From a candidate division WOR-3 bacterium (GTDB lineage: Bacteria; Hydrothermota; Tepidihabitantia; SM23-42): 33,299 bases of DNA. The translations under genes were made by a program, and so were the position numbers. The notes beneath the pieces are model-generated. The model was not told where the DNA came from, did not search any database, and was given only the letters and a program-made list of their open reading frames with translations. Positions 8,561 through 16,047 of the stretch are shown here, one piece after another; position 1 is the first letter of the stretch, and every line of letters starts with the position of its first letter. Where the stretch lies: the NCBI GenBank assembly GCA_023128195.1, contig JAGMEL010000148.1, forward strand, positions 1 to 33,299, written 5' to 3'.

Positions 8561-9424
8561 ATGAATTTTGTTGTGCTGCTTCAAAAATCAGGTATTTCGC
8601 TTACCAAGGTATTACCGCTGAAAATAACCGACAAGATTGCTGCGGGGATTGGTCTTCTGTATTGTTATATGTCAAAAAAAAAGCGTGGTTATATTAAGAA
8701 AAATTTACAATATATTTTTTCTGACCAGAATATCGAGCCCGAACTACTTAATTTCTATTTAAAACAGACATTCATAAATTTCTCACGTGCAATGGTCGAT
8801 TTTTTTCGACTTGGGTTTATATCAAAGGAAGGTTTTGATGTTGAGCAGATTGGCTTTGAAAATGCTGATAAGGCATTACAGTTCAAAAGGGGATGTATAT
8901 TGATTACCTTGCATCTTGGCAACTGGGATTATGCCGGTTCATATTTGGCAGCATGCGGTGTACGTATGAGCGCCCTGGTTGAAGTAACAGAAACCGAGAT
9001 GTTCGATCTGTATACAAAACATCGCGAGCGTCTGGGTATGAGAACGTTTCCAGTGACCAGGGCGGGTTATGCCTTTCTTTATGCAATCAAGAATCATTCT
9101 ATCTTAGCCGTGCTTGCTGACCGTGATATTATGAAAAATGGTGTTACAATGAATTTCTTTTCCGGCAGGAGGAAAATACCAAAAGGATTAGCTGAGATAA
9201 TCATTAAGAAAAAAATACCTGTGTTATTCGCATATATGGTCTTAAATCCACCTCATAAAATGCACCGTTATTTTTCTATGATCGAACCCCCAATTGTTTT
9301 TGATGGTAATGCCGATGAGTTCAATAGATTAATGGTGAAGAAATTCGAAGGGTATATTAGACAATACCCGGATCAGTGGTTTGTTTTTCATGATGAGTGG
9401 ATTGAAGAAGGGGCAAATACCTAA
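8561..9424 (+). CDS. Lysophospholipid/lipid A-type acyltransferase (LpxL/HtrB/PatA family)
   Basis: 287 aa with the family's TLHLGNWD (HxxxxD-like) motif and the ADRD block. Its genomic context is a GT4 glycosyltransferase. Confidence 0.7.
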   Translation: MNFVVLLQKSGISLTKVLPLKITDKIAAGIGLLYCYMSKKKRGYIKKNLQYIFSDQNIEPELLNFYLKQTFINFSRAMVDFFRLGFISKEGFDVEQIGFENADKALQFKRGCILITLHLGNWDYAGSYLAACGVRMSALVEVTETEMFDLYTKHRERLGMRTFPVTRAGYAFLYAIKNHSILAVLADRDIMKNGVTMNFFSGRRKIPKGLAEIIIKKKIPVLFAYMVLNPPHKMHRYFSMIEPPIVFDGNADEFNRLMVKKFEGYIRQYPDQWFVFHDEWIEEGANT

Positions 9425-9435
9425 ATGCCTAAAAT
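9416..9435. repeat. Left copy of a 20-bp perfect direct repeat AATACCTAAATGCCTAAAAT
   Basis: Identical to 9579-9598. It spans the acyltransferase stop codon. Confidence 0.9.
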
Positions 9436-9441
9436 GCCTAA

Positions 9442-9469
9442 ACCCAGCCCGTTTGCAACGGGCTGGGGT
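9442..9469. other. GC-rich hairpin CCCAGCCCG-TTTGCAA-CGGGCTGGG inside the inserted segment
   Basis: 9-bp perfect stem. There is no clean T-run on the plus strand, so terminator function is uncertain. Confidence 0.5.
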
Positions 9470-9516
9470 AAATACCTAAATTCCAAAATACCTAAAATAA
9501 ATGAGGAAAGGAAATT

Positions 9517-9572
9517 AGGAGATCAGGGTATCAGGATACCAGGAGATCAGGAAATCAGGGGATCAGGAGATC
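9517..9572 (+). repeat. Seven tandem octamers GGRNAYCA (GGAGATCA GGGTATCA GGATACCA GGAGATCA GGAAATCA GGGGATCA GGAGATCA)
   Basis: Strict 8-bp periodicity read directly from the sequence. Three units are exact GGAGATCA (SD-like GGAG), and the array ends 15 nt before the dut ATG. Confidence 0.85.
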
Positions 9573-9578
9573 AGAGGG

Positions 9579-9598
9579 AATACCTAAATGCCTAAAAT
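9579..9598. repeat. Right copy of the 20-bp direct repeat AATACCTAAATGCCTAAAAT
   Basis: Identical to 9416-9435. It contains the dut start codon (9588). Confidence 0.9.
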
Positions 9599-10019
9599 AA
9601 AAGTGAAGATTAATGGGAAATTTATCCCTCAGTACCATAGTGAAATGGCGGCGGGTTGTGATCTTTATGCAGATATTGACGAGGATGTGATGATTAAACC
9701 AGGACATTTTTGTGCTGTTCCCACCGGGATTAAGATTGAGATTCCCGAAGGTTATGAAGCACAGGTAAGACCCCGAAGTGGTCTGGCACTAAAGTACGGT
9801 ATTGGTTTATTAAATTCACCAGGAACAATTGATGCAGACTATCGAGGAGAGATAAAGGTTATATTGTTCAATTTTGGAAAGAATTCTTTTAAAATTGAGA
9901 AAGAAGAACGCATTGCCCAATTGGTTTTCACACGGATTACAAAAGCAGAATTTGTTCCAGTTAAGCAGCTGAAAAGGACAAAACGGGGGAGTGGTGGATT
10001 TGGCCATACAGGAAGATGA
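9588..10019 (+). CDS. dut: dUTP diphosphatase
   Basis: 143 aa with [23 protein letters not shown] and C-terminal [10 protein letters not shown] motifs. Confidence 0.95.
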   Translation: MPKIKVKINGKFIPQYHSEMAAGCDLYADIDEDVMIKPGHFCAVPTGIKIEIPEGYEAQVRPRSGLALKYGIGLLNSPGTIDADYRGEIKVILFNFGKNSFKIEKEERIAQLVFTRITKAEFVPVKQLKRTKRGSGGFGHTGR

Positions 10020-11134
10020 AGATTCTCCTGGTTGCTGACAATTTCTATCCACATACTGGTGGAGTTCCAGAACATATGTTATATCTCTGGCAGCATTTAA
10101 GGAAGTTTGGCCACGATGCGAAGATCCTTGCCCCTTCATTTGGTAAAAATTATCCTTATGTTGATGAAAATATTATTAGAATAGGCAGGGCAATAAATAT
10201 TCCTAAAAACAAATCTTTTGCAATCTTGACCTTTGGTATTACTCTTCCCTGGAAATTGAGGCGTTTTCTTGATGAAGAAAATTTTGATATTGTGCATATC
10301 CAAGGACCTCTAGCACCGGTCTTACCCTATTTTGCATTAAAGTATTCAAAGGCAAAGAATTTTGTTACGTTCCATTCAGCGCATGAAGAGAGTTTTGGCT
10401 ACGTTTTATGGGAACCCATATTAGAGCAATACTTCAGGAAGATTGATGGATTAATTGCTGTTTCTGAAGTTGCCCGCGATTCTGTGTCAAAATATTTCCC
10501 CGGTGATTATCGGATCATTCCTAATGGGATTGATACGAATCGTTTTAGAACGGATGTTAAGCCAATGCCGGAACTGGAAAAATATTCACCGAAAATTCTG
10601 TTTGTCGGAAGGTTTGAGCCGAGAAAGGGATTAAAATATCTATTCCAGGCATTTCCCATGATTATAGATGAGTTTCCTGAAGCAAAACTTATTATTGTGG
10701 GAAGGGGATTTCTTGAACGTTATTATCGTCGTTATGTTGAAGAGCATATTAAAGGAAATGTAATATTTGTTGGGCATGTTAGTCCTGAAGATTTGCCAAG
10801 GTATTATGCATCTTGTGATATCTATAGCTCTCCGGCAACCGGTGCAGAGAGTTTTGGCATTGTTTTACTTGAGGCAATGGCGAGCGGTAAGCCGATAGTC
10901 GCCTCAGATATCCCTGGATATCAGAGAGTCATGGAACAGGGCAAAGAGGGATTGTTTTTCAAAGCATGTGATCATGAATCATTGGCAGAGAATATTATCT
11001 GTTTACTAAAAGATAAAAAAAGGATGAAAGAGATGGGACAGAGCGGTAGAGAAAAGTCATTGAGATATGATTGGAAAATTGTTACAAAACAGGTATTAGA
11101 TTTTTATAAAGAGATATTGGAGAAAAGAGTTTAA
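10016..11134 (+). CDS. GT4-family glycosyltransferase (PimA-like)
   Basis: 372 aa with N-terminal GGV.EH, a GT-B C-terminal domain with VGRFEPRKG, and the E-x7-E region ([18 protein letters not shown]). The ATGA start overlaps the dut stop. Confidence 0.85.
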   Translation: MKILLVADNFYPHTGGVPEHMLYLWQHLRKFGHDAKILAPSFGKNYPYVDENIIRIGRAINIPKNKSFAILTFGITLPWKLRRFLDEENFDIVHIQGPLAPVLPYFALKYSKAKNFVTFHSAHEESFGYVLWEPILEQYFRKIDGLIAVSEVARDSVSKYFPGDYRIIPNGIDTNRFRTDVKPMPELEKYSPKILFVGRFEPRKGLKYLFQAFPMIIDEFPEAKLIIVGRGFLERYYRRYVEEHIKGNVIFVGHVSPEDLPRYYASCDIYSSPATGAESFGIVLLEAMASGKPIVASDIPGYQRVMEQGKEGLFFKACDHESLAENIICLLKDKKRMKEMGQSGREKSLRYDWKIVTKQVLDFYKEILEKRV

Positions 11135-11137
11135 CAA

Positions 11138-12412
11138 ATGTGGTCTACTCTGAAAAATAAAGATTTTTCAATCTTTGTATTTTCTCAAACAGTAAGTCAA
11201 TTTGGCGACAAATTAGACTACATCGCATTGATCGGTATTATCGGTCTTTTCCCACAGAGCCGCACTCCATTTTTACTTTCTCAGCTCGCAATATTTATGA
11301 CTTTGCCGGTATTGATTTTCGGACCAATCGCCGGTGTTTTGGTAGACAGATGGCATAAGAAAAAGGTTATGGTGACCTGTGATGCGCTGAGAATGGTCTG
11401 TGCGCTTTTGATTCCAGTACTTTTTATTTTAACAGAAAATATATATCCGGTTTTTGGGGTTGTCTTTTTTATGTTTCTTTTTACGTTATTCTTTAATTCA
11501 GCTCGGAGCGCGATAATTCCTAATTTGGTTACAAAAAAGCAGATATTAAAGGCAAACTCAATTGTTAATTTTGTTGGTAGGGCAGCTACTTTTCTTGGTA
11601 TGGGACTGGGTGGATTAATAGTTGACTGGTATATATGGCCCAAACTCATAGGTTTGGCAGGTTGGACTGTTGCCTTTATACTTGATGCCATTACATTTGG
11701 TACATCAGCAGTAATGCTCTATTTAATGAAGGTTAAGCTGGCAGAACCACTCAAGCAAAAAAAACATCTCGAGCCTAAGGGATTTTTGCTCCTCATACGT
11801 GATGGTTTAGTACAGGTATGGAAAGAGTTGAAACACGCTGTGCATGAGATACTTAAAGAGAAGAACCTGGCTTTTGCAATGTCATCGATTTTGTTAATGA
11901 TAATTGCCGGTTGTATTATTTATGTGCTTGTCATCCCAATTGTCCAACAGGACATGGGATGGGGAACCAAGGGTGTTGGTGGTCTGGCTGCAGCCGGAGC
12001 ATTGGGGCTTTTGGTTGGAGCTTATTTTGTTGGTGTTTTTGGTCATCACTTTGATTTGAAAAATATAATTCTTGCCTGTTTTATCGTATTGGGTGGTGCT
12101 CTGGCTATATTTCCTTTTCTAAATAACATTTTGCTTTTTTTGCTTGTTATATTTATTGGTGGAATTGCAATGTCTCCAGTATTTATTGGCCAGGATACTT
12201 TGATTCACCACCATGCTGATGAGTTTATAAGAGGAAGGATGTTTTCAATCAGGGATTGGATTTTAAACTGTTCTTTTGTTGTTGGTGCACTTATTATCGG
12301 TTTCCTCGCCACGTTAATGAAAAAGGATTTTATTTTCATTATTTCTGGAATTGTACTTGTTATTTTGGCAATTTTTGGTTGGTTTATTCTGGCTCGTGTT
12401 AAATCTCGTTAG
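11138..12412 (+). CDS. MFS transporter
   Basis: 424 aa with about 12 hydrophobic segments and a GVLVDRWHKKK loop between TM2 and TM3. Confidence 0.8.
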   Translation: MWSTLKNKDFSIFVFSQTVSQFGDKLDYIALIGIIGLFPQSRTPFLLSQLAIFMTLPVLIFGPIAGVLVDRWHKKKVMVTCDALRMVCALLIPVLFILTENIYPVFGVVFFMFLFTLFFNSARSAIIPNLVTKKQILKANSIVNFVGRAATFLGMGLGGLIVDWYIWPKLIGLAGWTVAFILDAITFGTSAVMLYLMKVKLAEPLKQKKHLEPKGFLLLIRDGLVQVWKELKHAVHEILKEKNLAFAMSSILLMIIAGCIIYVLVIPIVQQDMGWGTKGVGGLAAAGALGLLVGAYFVGVFGHHFDLKNIILACFIVLGGALAIFPFLNNILLFLLVIFIGGIAMSPVFIGQDTLIHHHADEFIRGRMFSIRDWILNCSFVVGALIIGFLATLMKKDFIFIISGIVLVILAIFGWFILARVKSR

Positions 12413-12449
12413 AAATTCAAAAAAGACATTGGAGCTTACCTCTGATAAA

Positions 12450-13187
12450 ATGGTGAGATTTTCTAACGGGATAAAGGCACTGCAGTTTCACAGGATAACA
12501 CCTAAATTCCAGTTGTGTGGTACCTGGAATAAGCCCGTTCAGTTTGAAGAATTCTTAGAATACTTATGCAAAAATGGAATAGAAGCTATTCTTCCTGGTC
12601 AAAGAGATAGTGGTATTGTTATTACATTCGATGATGGGGAGGAAAGTATTTATGATTACGCATTTCCGATTCTTAAGAAGTACGGTGTTAAAGCAGTCGT
12701 TTTTCTTATTGTAGATTATATTGGCAGGAGAAATCTATGGGATATTACGCTCACTGGCAAACGTGTTCAACATTTGTCCTGGGATGAGATTATTGAAATG
12801 AAAAAATGGGGTATTGAGTTTGGTTCTCATACAATGACCCATCGTAATTTAACAAAACTGAGTAAAGAGAAAATTGAACACGAACTTTCTGAATCAAAAA
12901 GAGTACTAAGACAAAAGATCGGTGAATGTAATAGTATATCATATCCATTTAATAGAGTTAATTCAACAGTAATTAAGGTGGCTGCCAATGCCGGCTATAA
13001 GTTTGGTTTTGGCGGCGATGGTAGTAGTAATCTTTTGTTAAAAAAAGAGGCGATATACATAACTGATAATACTAAAACTTTTGCCGTAAAGGTTTTTGAA
13101 AAGCCGGATTTATTATATCGCTATGAAAGAATAAAACAGAAGGTTATTAATTACTTTACCATAGCAACTATGGTTACTAAGAGATAG
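12450..13187 (+). CDS. Polysaccharide deacetylase (NodB homology domain, CE4)
   Basis: ITFDDG (motif 1) and GSHTMTH (motif 2). The ORF is open from 12351, but that start overlaps the MFS gene by 62 nt. ATG 12450 has GGAG about 15 nt upstream. The start is uncertain. Confidence 0.8.
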   Translation: MVRFSNGIKALQFHRITPKFQLCGTWNKPVQFEEFLEYLCKNGIEAILPGQRDSGIVITFDDGEESIYDYAFPILKKYGVKAVVFLIVDYIGRRNLWDITLTGKRVQHLSWDEIIEMKKWGIEFGSHTMTHRNLTKLSKEKIEHELSESKRVLRQKIGECNSISYPFNRVNSTVIKVAANAGYKFGFGGDGSSNLLLKKEAIYITDNTKTFAVKVFEKPDLLYRYERIKQKVINYFTIATMVTKR

Positions 13188-13188
13188 A

Positions 13189-13392
13189 GGATGGGTTTGG
13201 GTGTGGATGCTTGATAAAGATAGAAAACAGGCTTGGGTTTGGAAGCGGGAAATCCAGCATCTTAACCCTAACCCAATAACCATTTGGTAAGGATGGGTTT
13301 GGGTGTGGATGCTTGATAAAGATAGAAAACAGGCTTGGGTTTGGAAGCGGGAAATCCAGCATCTTAACCCTAACCCAATAACCATTTGGTAA
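13189..13392. repeat. Perfect tandem duplication, 2 x 102 bp, intergenic
   Basis: 13189-13290 is identical to 13291-13392. The duplication starts 1 nt after the deacetylase stop and ends at the SD (GGAGG 13393-13397) of the next gene. Confidence 0.95.
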
Positions 13393-13401
13393 GGAGGTCT
13401 T

Positions 13402-14136
13402 ATGTTTAAATATGTTTCTTCGGTTTTGGTAATAGCAGTATCATTTGCTGTTGCTCAGCACAGTGATTCGTTAATCGATAAGGCGATGGAATTATTTGAT
13501 ACGCGACACTTGAATGCGGAAAATCTAACAGAGAGCAGGGATATTCTTCAGAGCATTGTAAAAAGCGAGCCAAATAATCTACGGGCAAATTACGAACTTT
13601 CCAGGGTTTATTACAAACTTGGAGATCGGGTAGAGACAAAAGACGAAAAACTCGAAATGTATAACAAGGGCAAGGAATACGGGAAGAAAGCAAAGAAGAT
13701 AGATGATAATTCTGCATCGGCACATTTCTGGTATGTTGTCAACGTGGGAAGGATAGGGCAAACAAAGGGTGTATTAAATTCATTATTTTTGGTTCCCGAA
13801 ATCAAAGAGGAGATTAAGAAAATATTGAAGATTGACCCGGAACATACTGGAGCCCTTGATGTCAAGGCGATGTTATATTATGAATTGCCTGGTTTGCTGG
13901 GTGGTAACGTGAATAAGACAATTGAGTTATTGAACAAGGGAATCGAGATCGACTCTAATTATTCACTACTCTATGTTGATATGGCAAGGTCATATATAAA
14001 GAAGAAGGATTATGAAAATGCACGTTGGTTCTTGAATAAAGTCCCAGAGATGGAAAATCCTACTTACGATGCAGACTTGATCCTTAATGACAAACCCGAG
14101 GCACTTGAGTTATTAGAGGAGATTAAAGGAAAGTAG
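13402..14136 (+). CDS. Secreted TPR-repeat protein (TatT-like size and architecture)
   Basis: 244 aa with a signal peptide (MFKYVSSVLVIAVSFAVAQ) and TPR-like A/Y/L periodicity. GGAGG lies 5 nt upstream. Confidence 0.6.
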   Translation: MFKYVSSVLVIAVSFAVAQHSDSLIDKAMELFDTRHLNAENLTESRDILQSIVKSEPNNLRANYELSRVYYKLGDRVETKDEKLEMYNKGKEYGKKAKKIDDNSASAHFWYVVNVGRIGQTKGVLNSLFLVPEIKEEIKKILKIDPEHTGALDVKAMLYYELPGLLGGNVNKTIELLNKGIEIDSNYSLLYVDMARSYIKKKDYENARWFLNKVPEMENPTYDADLILNDKPEALELLEEIKGK

Positions 14137-14145
14137 TAATTTTAG

Positions 14146-14164
14146 ATTGCAGATCTCAAATTGC
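14146..14164. repeat. Left imperfect terminal inverted repeat of four-helix-bundle cassette 1
   Basis: ATTGCAGATCTCAAATTGC. Its reverse complement matches the core AATTTGA(A/G)ATCTGCA(T/A)T of 14584-14602 at 17 of 19 positions. It is also part of a tandem 14-mer pair, TTGCAGATCTCAAA / TTGCGGATTTGAAG (14147-14174). Confidence 0.6.
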
Positions 14165-14182
14165 GGATTTGAAGGGTGATAA

Positions 14183-14536
14183 ATGAGGAGTGACGAGTTG
14201 AAAAGTCGAACTAAGAAATTTGCCATAGATGTAATAAAATTAGTTGGAATATTTCCGAATACGAAGGCCGCAGATATTATTGGCCGTCAGCTTATAAAAT
14301 CATCGACTTCAGTTGGAGCGAACTATCGTTCTGCATGTAGAGCTCAATCCCGTGCTCATTTTATCTCTAAGCTAAGCATTGTTTTGGAAGAGACAGATGA
14401 GTCGCAGTATTGGTTGGAGCTGGCACTGGTGTTAAACCTCGCTAAACCGAGTAGGATTAAAACGTTGATTAATGAGTCTGGTGAATTGATGGCAATATTT
14501 ATTTCATCTATAAAAACGGCAAGAAAGAAAAAGTGA
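14183..14536 (+). CDS. Four-helix-bundle protein (23S rRNA intervening-sequence protein / Avd family)
   Basis: 117 aa with the family hallmarks QLIKSSTSVGANY and EETDESQYWLEL. Confidence 0.85.
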   Translation: MRSDELKSRTKKFAIDVIKLVGIFPNTKAADIIGRQLIKSSTSVGANYRSACRAQSRAHFISKLSIVLEETDESQYWLELALVLNLAKPSRIKTLINESGELMAIFISSIKTARKKK

Positions 14537-14583
14537 TGAACGACTTGAGTTCTGCAGTTTACTATACAGATAATTTTGCAATT

Positions 14584-14602
14584 TTAAATTTGAAATCTGC
14601 AT
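14584..14602. repeat. Right imperfect terminal inverted repeat of four-helix-bundle cassette 1
   Basis: TTAAATTTGAAATCTGCAT, which ends 6 nt before the thrC-like ATG. Confidence 0.6.
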
Positions 14603-14608
14603 TATAAC

Positions 14609-15790
14609 ATGTCTTTTGTCCATCATTTAGAGTGTTCTAAATGCGGTAACAAATTAGAACCTGACCGCCTCTGGAATCTTTGTTCTATTTGCGGAAAACC
14701 ATTGATCGTGCTCTATGACTTGAAGAAAATACGTAGATCTGTGAAACAGGGAGATATAGCAGGCCGTAAACCAAATCTCTGGCGTTATCAGGAATTGCTT
14801 CCGGTTCAAAACCCAAATAATATTCTCTGTTTGGGCGAGGGTTTTACACCATTGATTCATGCTACCCAGGTCGGCAAGGCACTCAGGTTTGCCAATTTAT
14901 ATATCAAAGATGAAGGACAGAATCCTACCGGTTCTTTTAATGCTCGTGGTCTGGCAGTTGCAGTTTCGCGGGCACGTGAACTGGGAGTCAAAGAGGTTTT
15001 GATTTCCTCAACAGGTAATGCAGCCGGTGCAATGAGTGCCTATGCTGCTCTCGGTGGTTTAAAGGCATTCGTTTATATGCCGCGCGATGTACCCAAAACC
15101 TTTGTTGTTGAATGTATTGCTATGGGAGCTGAGGTTCAGCTTGTTAACGGGTCTATGAGTAATTGTAGTCATAGGGCAGCACAGGATGCTCGTCAATCTG
15201 GACGTTTTGATATATCTACATTTAAAGAGCCATACCGTGTCGAAGGAAATAAGACTATGGGTTTTGAATTAGCTGAGCAGATGGGTTGGAAGTTGCCCGA
15301 TGTCATTATTTACCCTACTGGTGAAGGTACAGGTTTGGTCGGTATGTGGAAGGCATTTGAGGAATTGCAGAGTCTGGGTTGGATTAAATCAAAATTGCCC
15401 CGTATGGTTGCGGTTCAAGCAAGCCGCTGTGCTCCAATAGTTAAGGCATTTAATCAGGGTAAAAAATTTGCTGAACCCTGGCGTGACGCGCAGACCATTG
15501 CCTATGGTCTTTGTGTACCTGATACCATAGGTGACTTTCTTGTTTTGCGCACCTTGCGTGAGAGCCGCGGCACTGCGATTGCTGTATCTGATACAGAGAT
15601 AATGAAGGCGATAAAGCAAGTCAGTAATACCCAGGGGATATTCTGCTCTCCTGAAGGTGCTGCAACACTGGTTGCATTTAAAAACCTGCGTAAACAGGGT
15701 TGGATTGAAGATAATGAGACAGTGGTGCTTTTCAACACTGCAACCGGACTCAAATACGTCCATTTATGGGCAAAGGATTTGAGATTTTAA
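14609..15790 (+). CDS. thrC: Threonine synthase-like PLP fold-type II protein with N-terminal zinc ribbon; predicted PLP lysine replaced by Asn
   Basis: 393 aa with a CSKCG...CSICG ribbon, NPTGSFNARG (canonical NPTGSFKDRG), STGNAAGA and a C-terminal FNTATGLKY block that follows the ThrC pattern. Confidence 0.75.
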   Translation: MSFVHHLECSKCGNKLEPDRLWNLCSICGKPLIVLYDLKKIRRSVKQGDIAGRKPNLWRYQELLPVQNPNNILCLGEGFTPLIHATQVGKALRFANLYIKDEGQNPTGSFNARGLAVAVSRARELGVKEVLISSTGNAAGAMSAYAALGGLKAFVYMPRDVPKTFVVECIAMGAEVQLVNGSMSNCSHRAAQDARQSGRFDISTFKEPYRVEGNKTMGFELAEQMGWKLPDVIIYPTGEGTGLVGMWKAFEELQSLGWIKSKLPRMVAVQASRCAPIVKAFNQGKKFAEPWRDAQTIAYGLCVPDTIGDFLVLRTLRESRGTAIAVSDTEIMKAIKQVSNTQGIFCSPEGAATLVAFKNLRKQGWIEDNETVVLFNTATGLKYVHLWAKDLRF

Positions 15791-15861
15791 GAATAATTGT
15801 TTAGTCTAAAGAAATCAAAATCTTACATTAGATTAAACAGCTCATTAATGTTACAGACAGT

Positions 15862-15897
15862 AGAATAAATTGTAGTTACCGAATTTATTGGGTAATT
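15862..15897. repeat. Copy 1 of a conserved 36-bp intergenic motif containing the palindrome AATAAATT-N10-AATTTATT
   Basis: AGAATAAATTGTAGTTACCGAATTTATTGGGTAATT, compared with AGAAGAAATTGTAGTTGCTCAATTTATTGGGTCATT near 20127-20162 (about 30 of 36 identical). Confidence 0.6.
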
Positions 15898-15990
15898 AAA
15901 TCTGCAAATTGACATTGTGGTATCGAAACTCAACTATCCAGTACTACTTGGAGGTGCAGATTTTGTGTTGGAAAACATAAAAGGAGCGAT

Positions 15991-16047
15991 ATGCAAAGGG
16001 GCTTGATCTTTAGTTCTCTATGCTGTAAAATATATTGGATGTTCTAA
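15991..16047 (+). CDS. Possible 18-aa upstream/leader ORF (MQRGLIFSSLCCKIYWMF)
   Basis: AAAGGAG lies 5 nt upstream of the ATG. Its TAA stop overlaps the ATG at 16047 (TAATG), the likely true start of the next gene. Confidence 0.3.
   Translation: MQRGLIFSSLCCKIYWMF

Noticed and set aside
595-9469. Shared GGGCTGGG/CCCAGCCC stems in the gdhA terminator (595-620) and the hairpin at 9442-9469, as evidence of a repeat family
   Set aside because: Only an 8-mer is shared, and loops and flanks differ. One chance recurrence of an 8-mer in a window this size is expected.
13261-13280. Telomere-like AACCCTAACCC inside the 102-bp unit
   Set aside because: There are only two hexamer units in a bacterial intergenic hairpin arm, which pairs with GGGTTTGGG. 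This is a coincidence of the stem sequence, not a telomeric array.
13113-13385. Minus-strand ORFs of 90 aa and 61 aa with an internally repeated peptide (MVIGLGLRCWISRFQTQACFLSLSSIHTQTHP x2)
   Set aside because: The repetition is simply the 102-bp tandem DNA duplication read in frame. There is no RBS, the composition is odd, and the ORFs overlap the end of the deacetylase gene. I treat them as an artefact of the repeat.
13189-14536. Diversity-generating retroelement (an Avd-family gene about 0.8 kb from a pair of repeats of about 100 bp)
   Set aside because: No reverse transcriptase gene is present anywhere in the window. The two repeat copies are identical rather than differing at adenines. 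Neither copy lies inside a coding region that could act as a variable region.
775-15763. Antisense or alternate-frame ORFs inside well-supported genes (e.g. 775-1218, 878-1174, 1191-1400 and 1402-1780 in gdhA; 2046-2450 and 3255-3449 in the regulator; 6140-6571 and 6845-7138 in pepA; 7604-7942; 9816-10139; 11281-11691; 13406-13865; 15389-15763)
   Set aside because: All lie opposite to, or out of frame within, genes with clear family motifs. They lack SD sequences and have low-complexity or hydrophobic shadow-frame composition.
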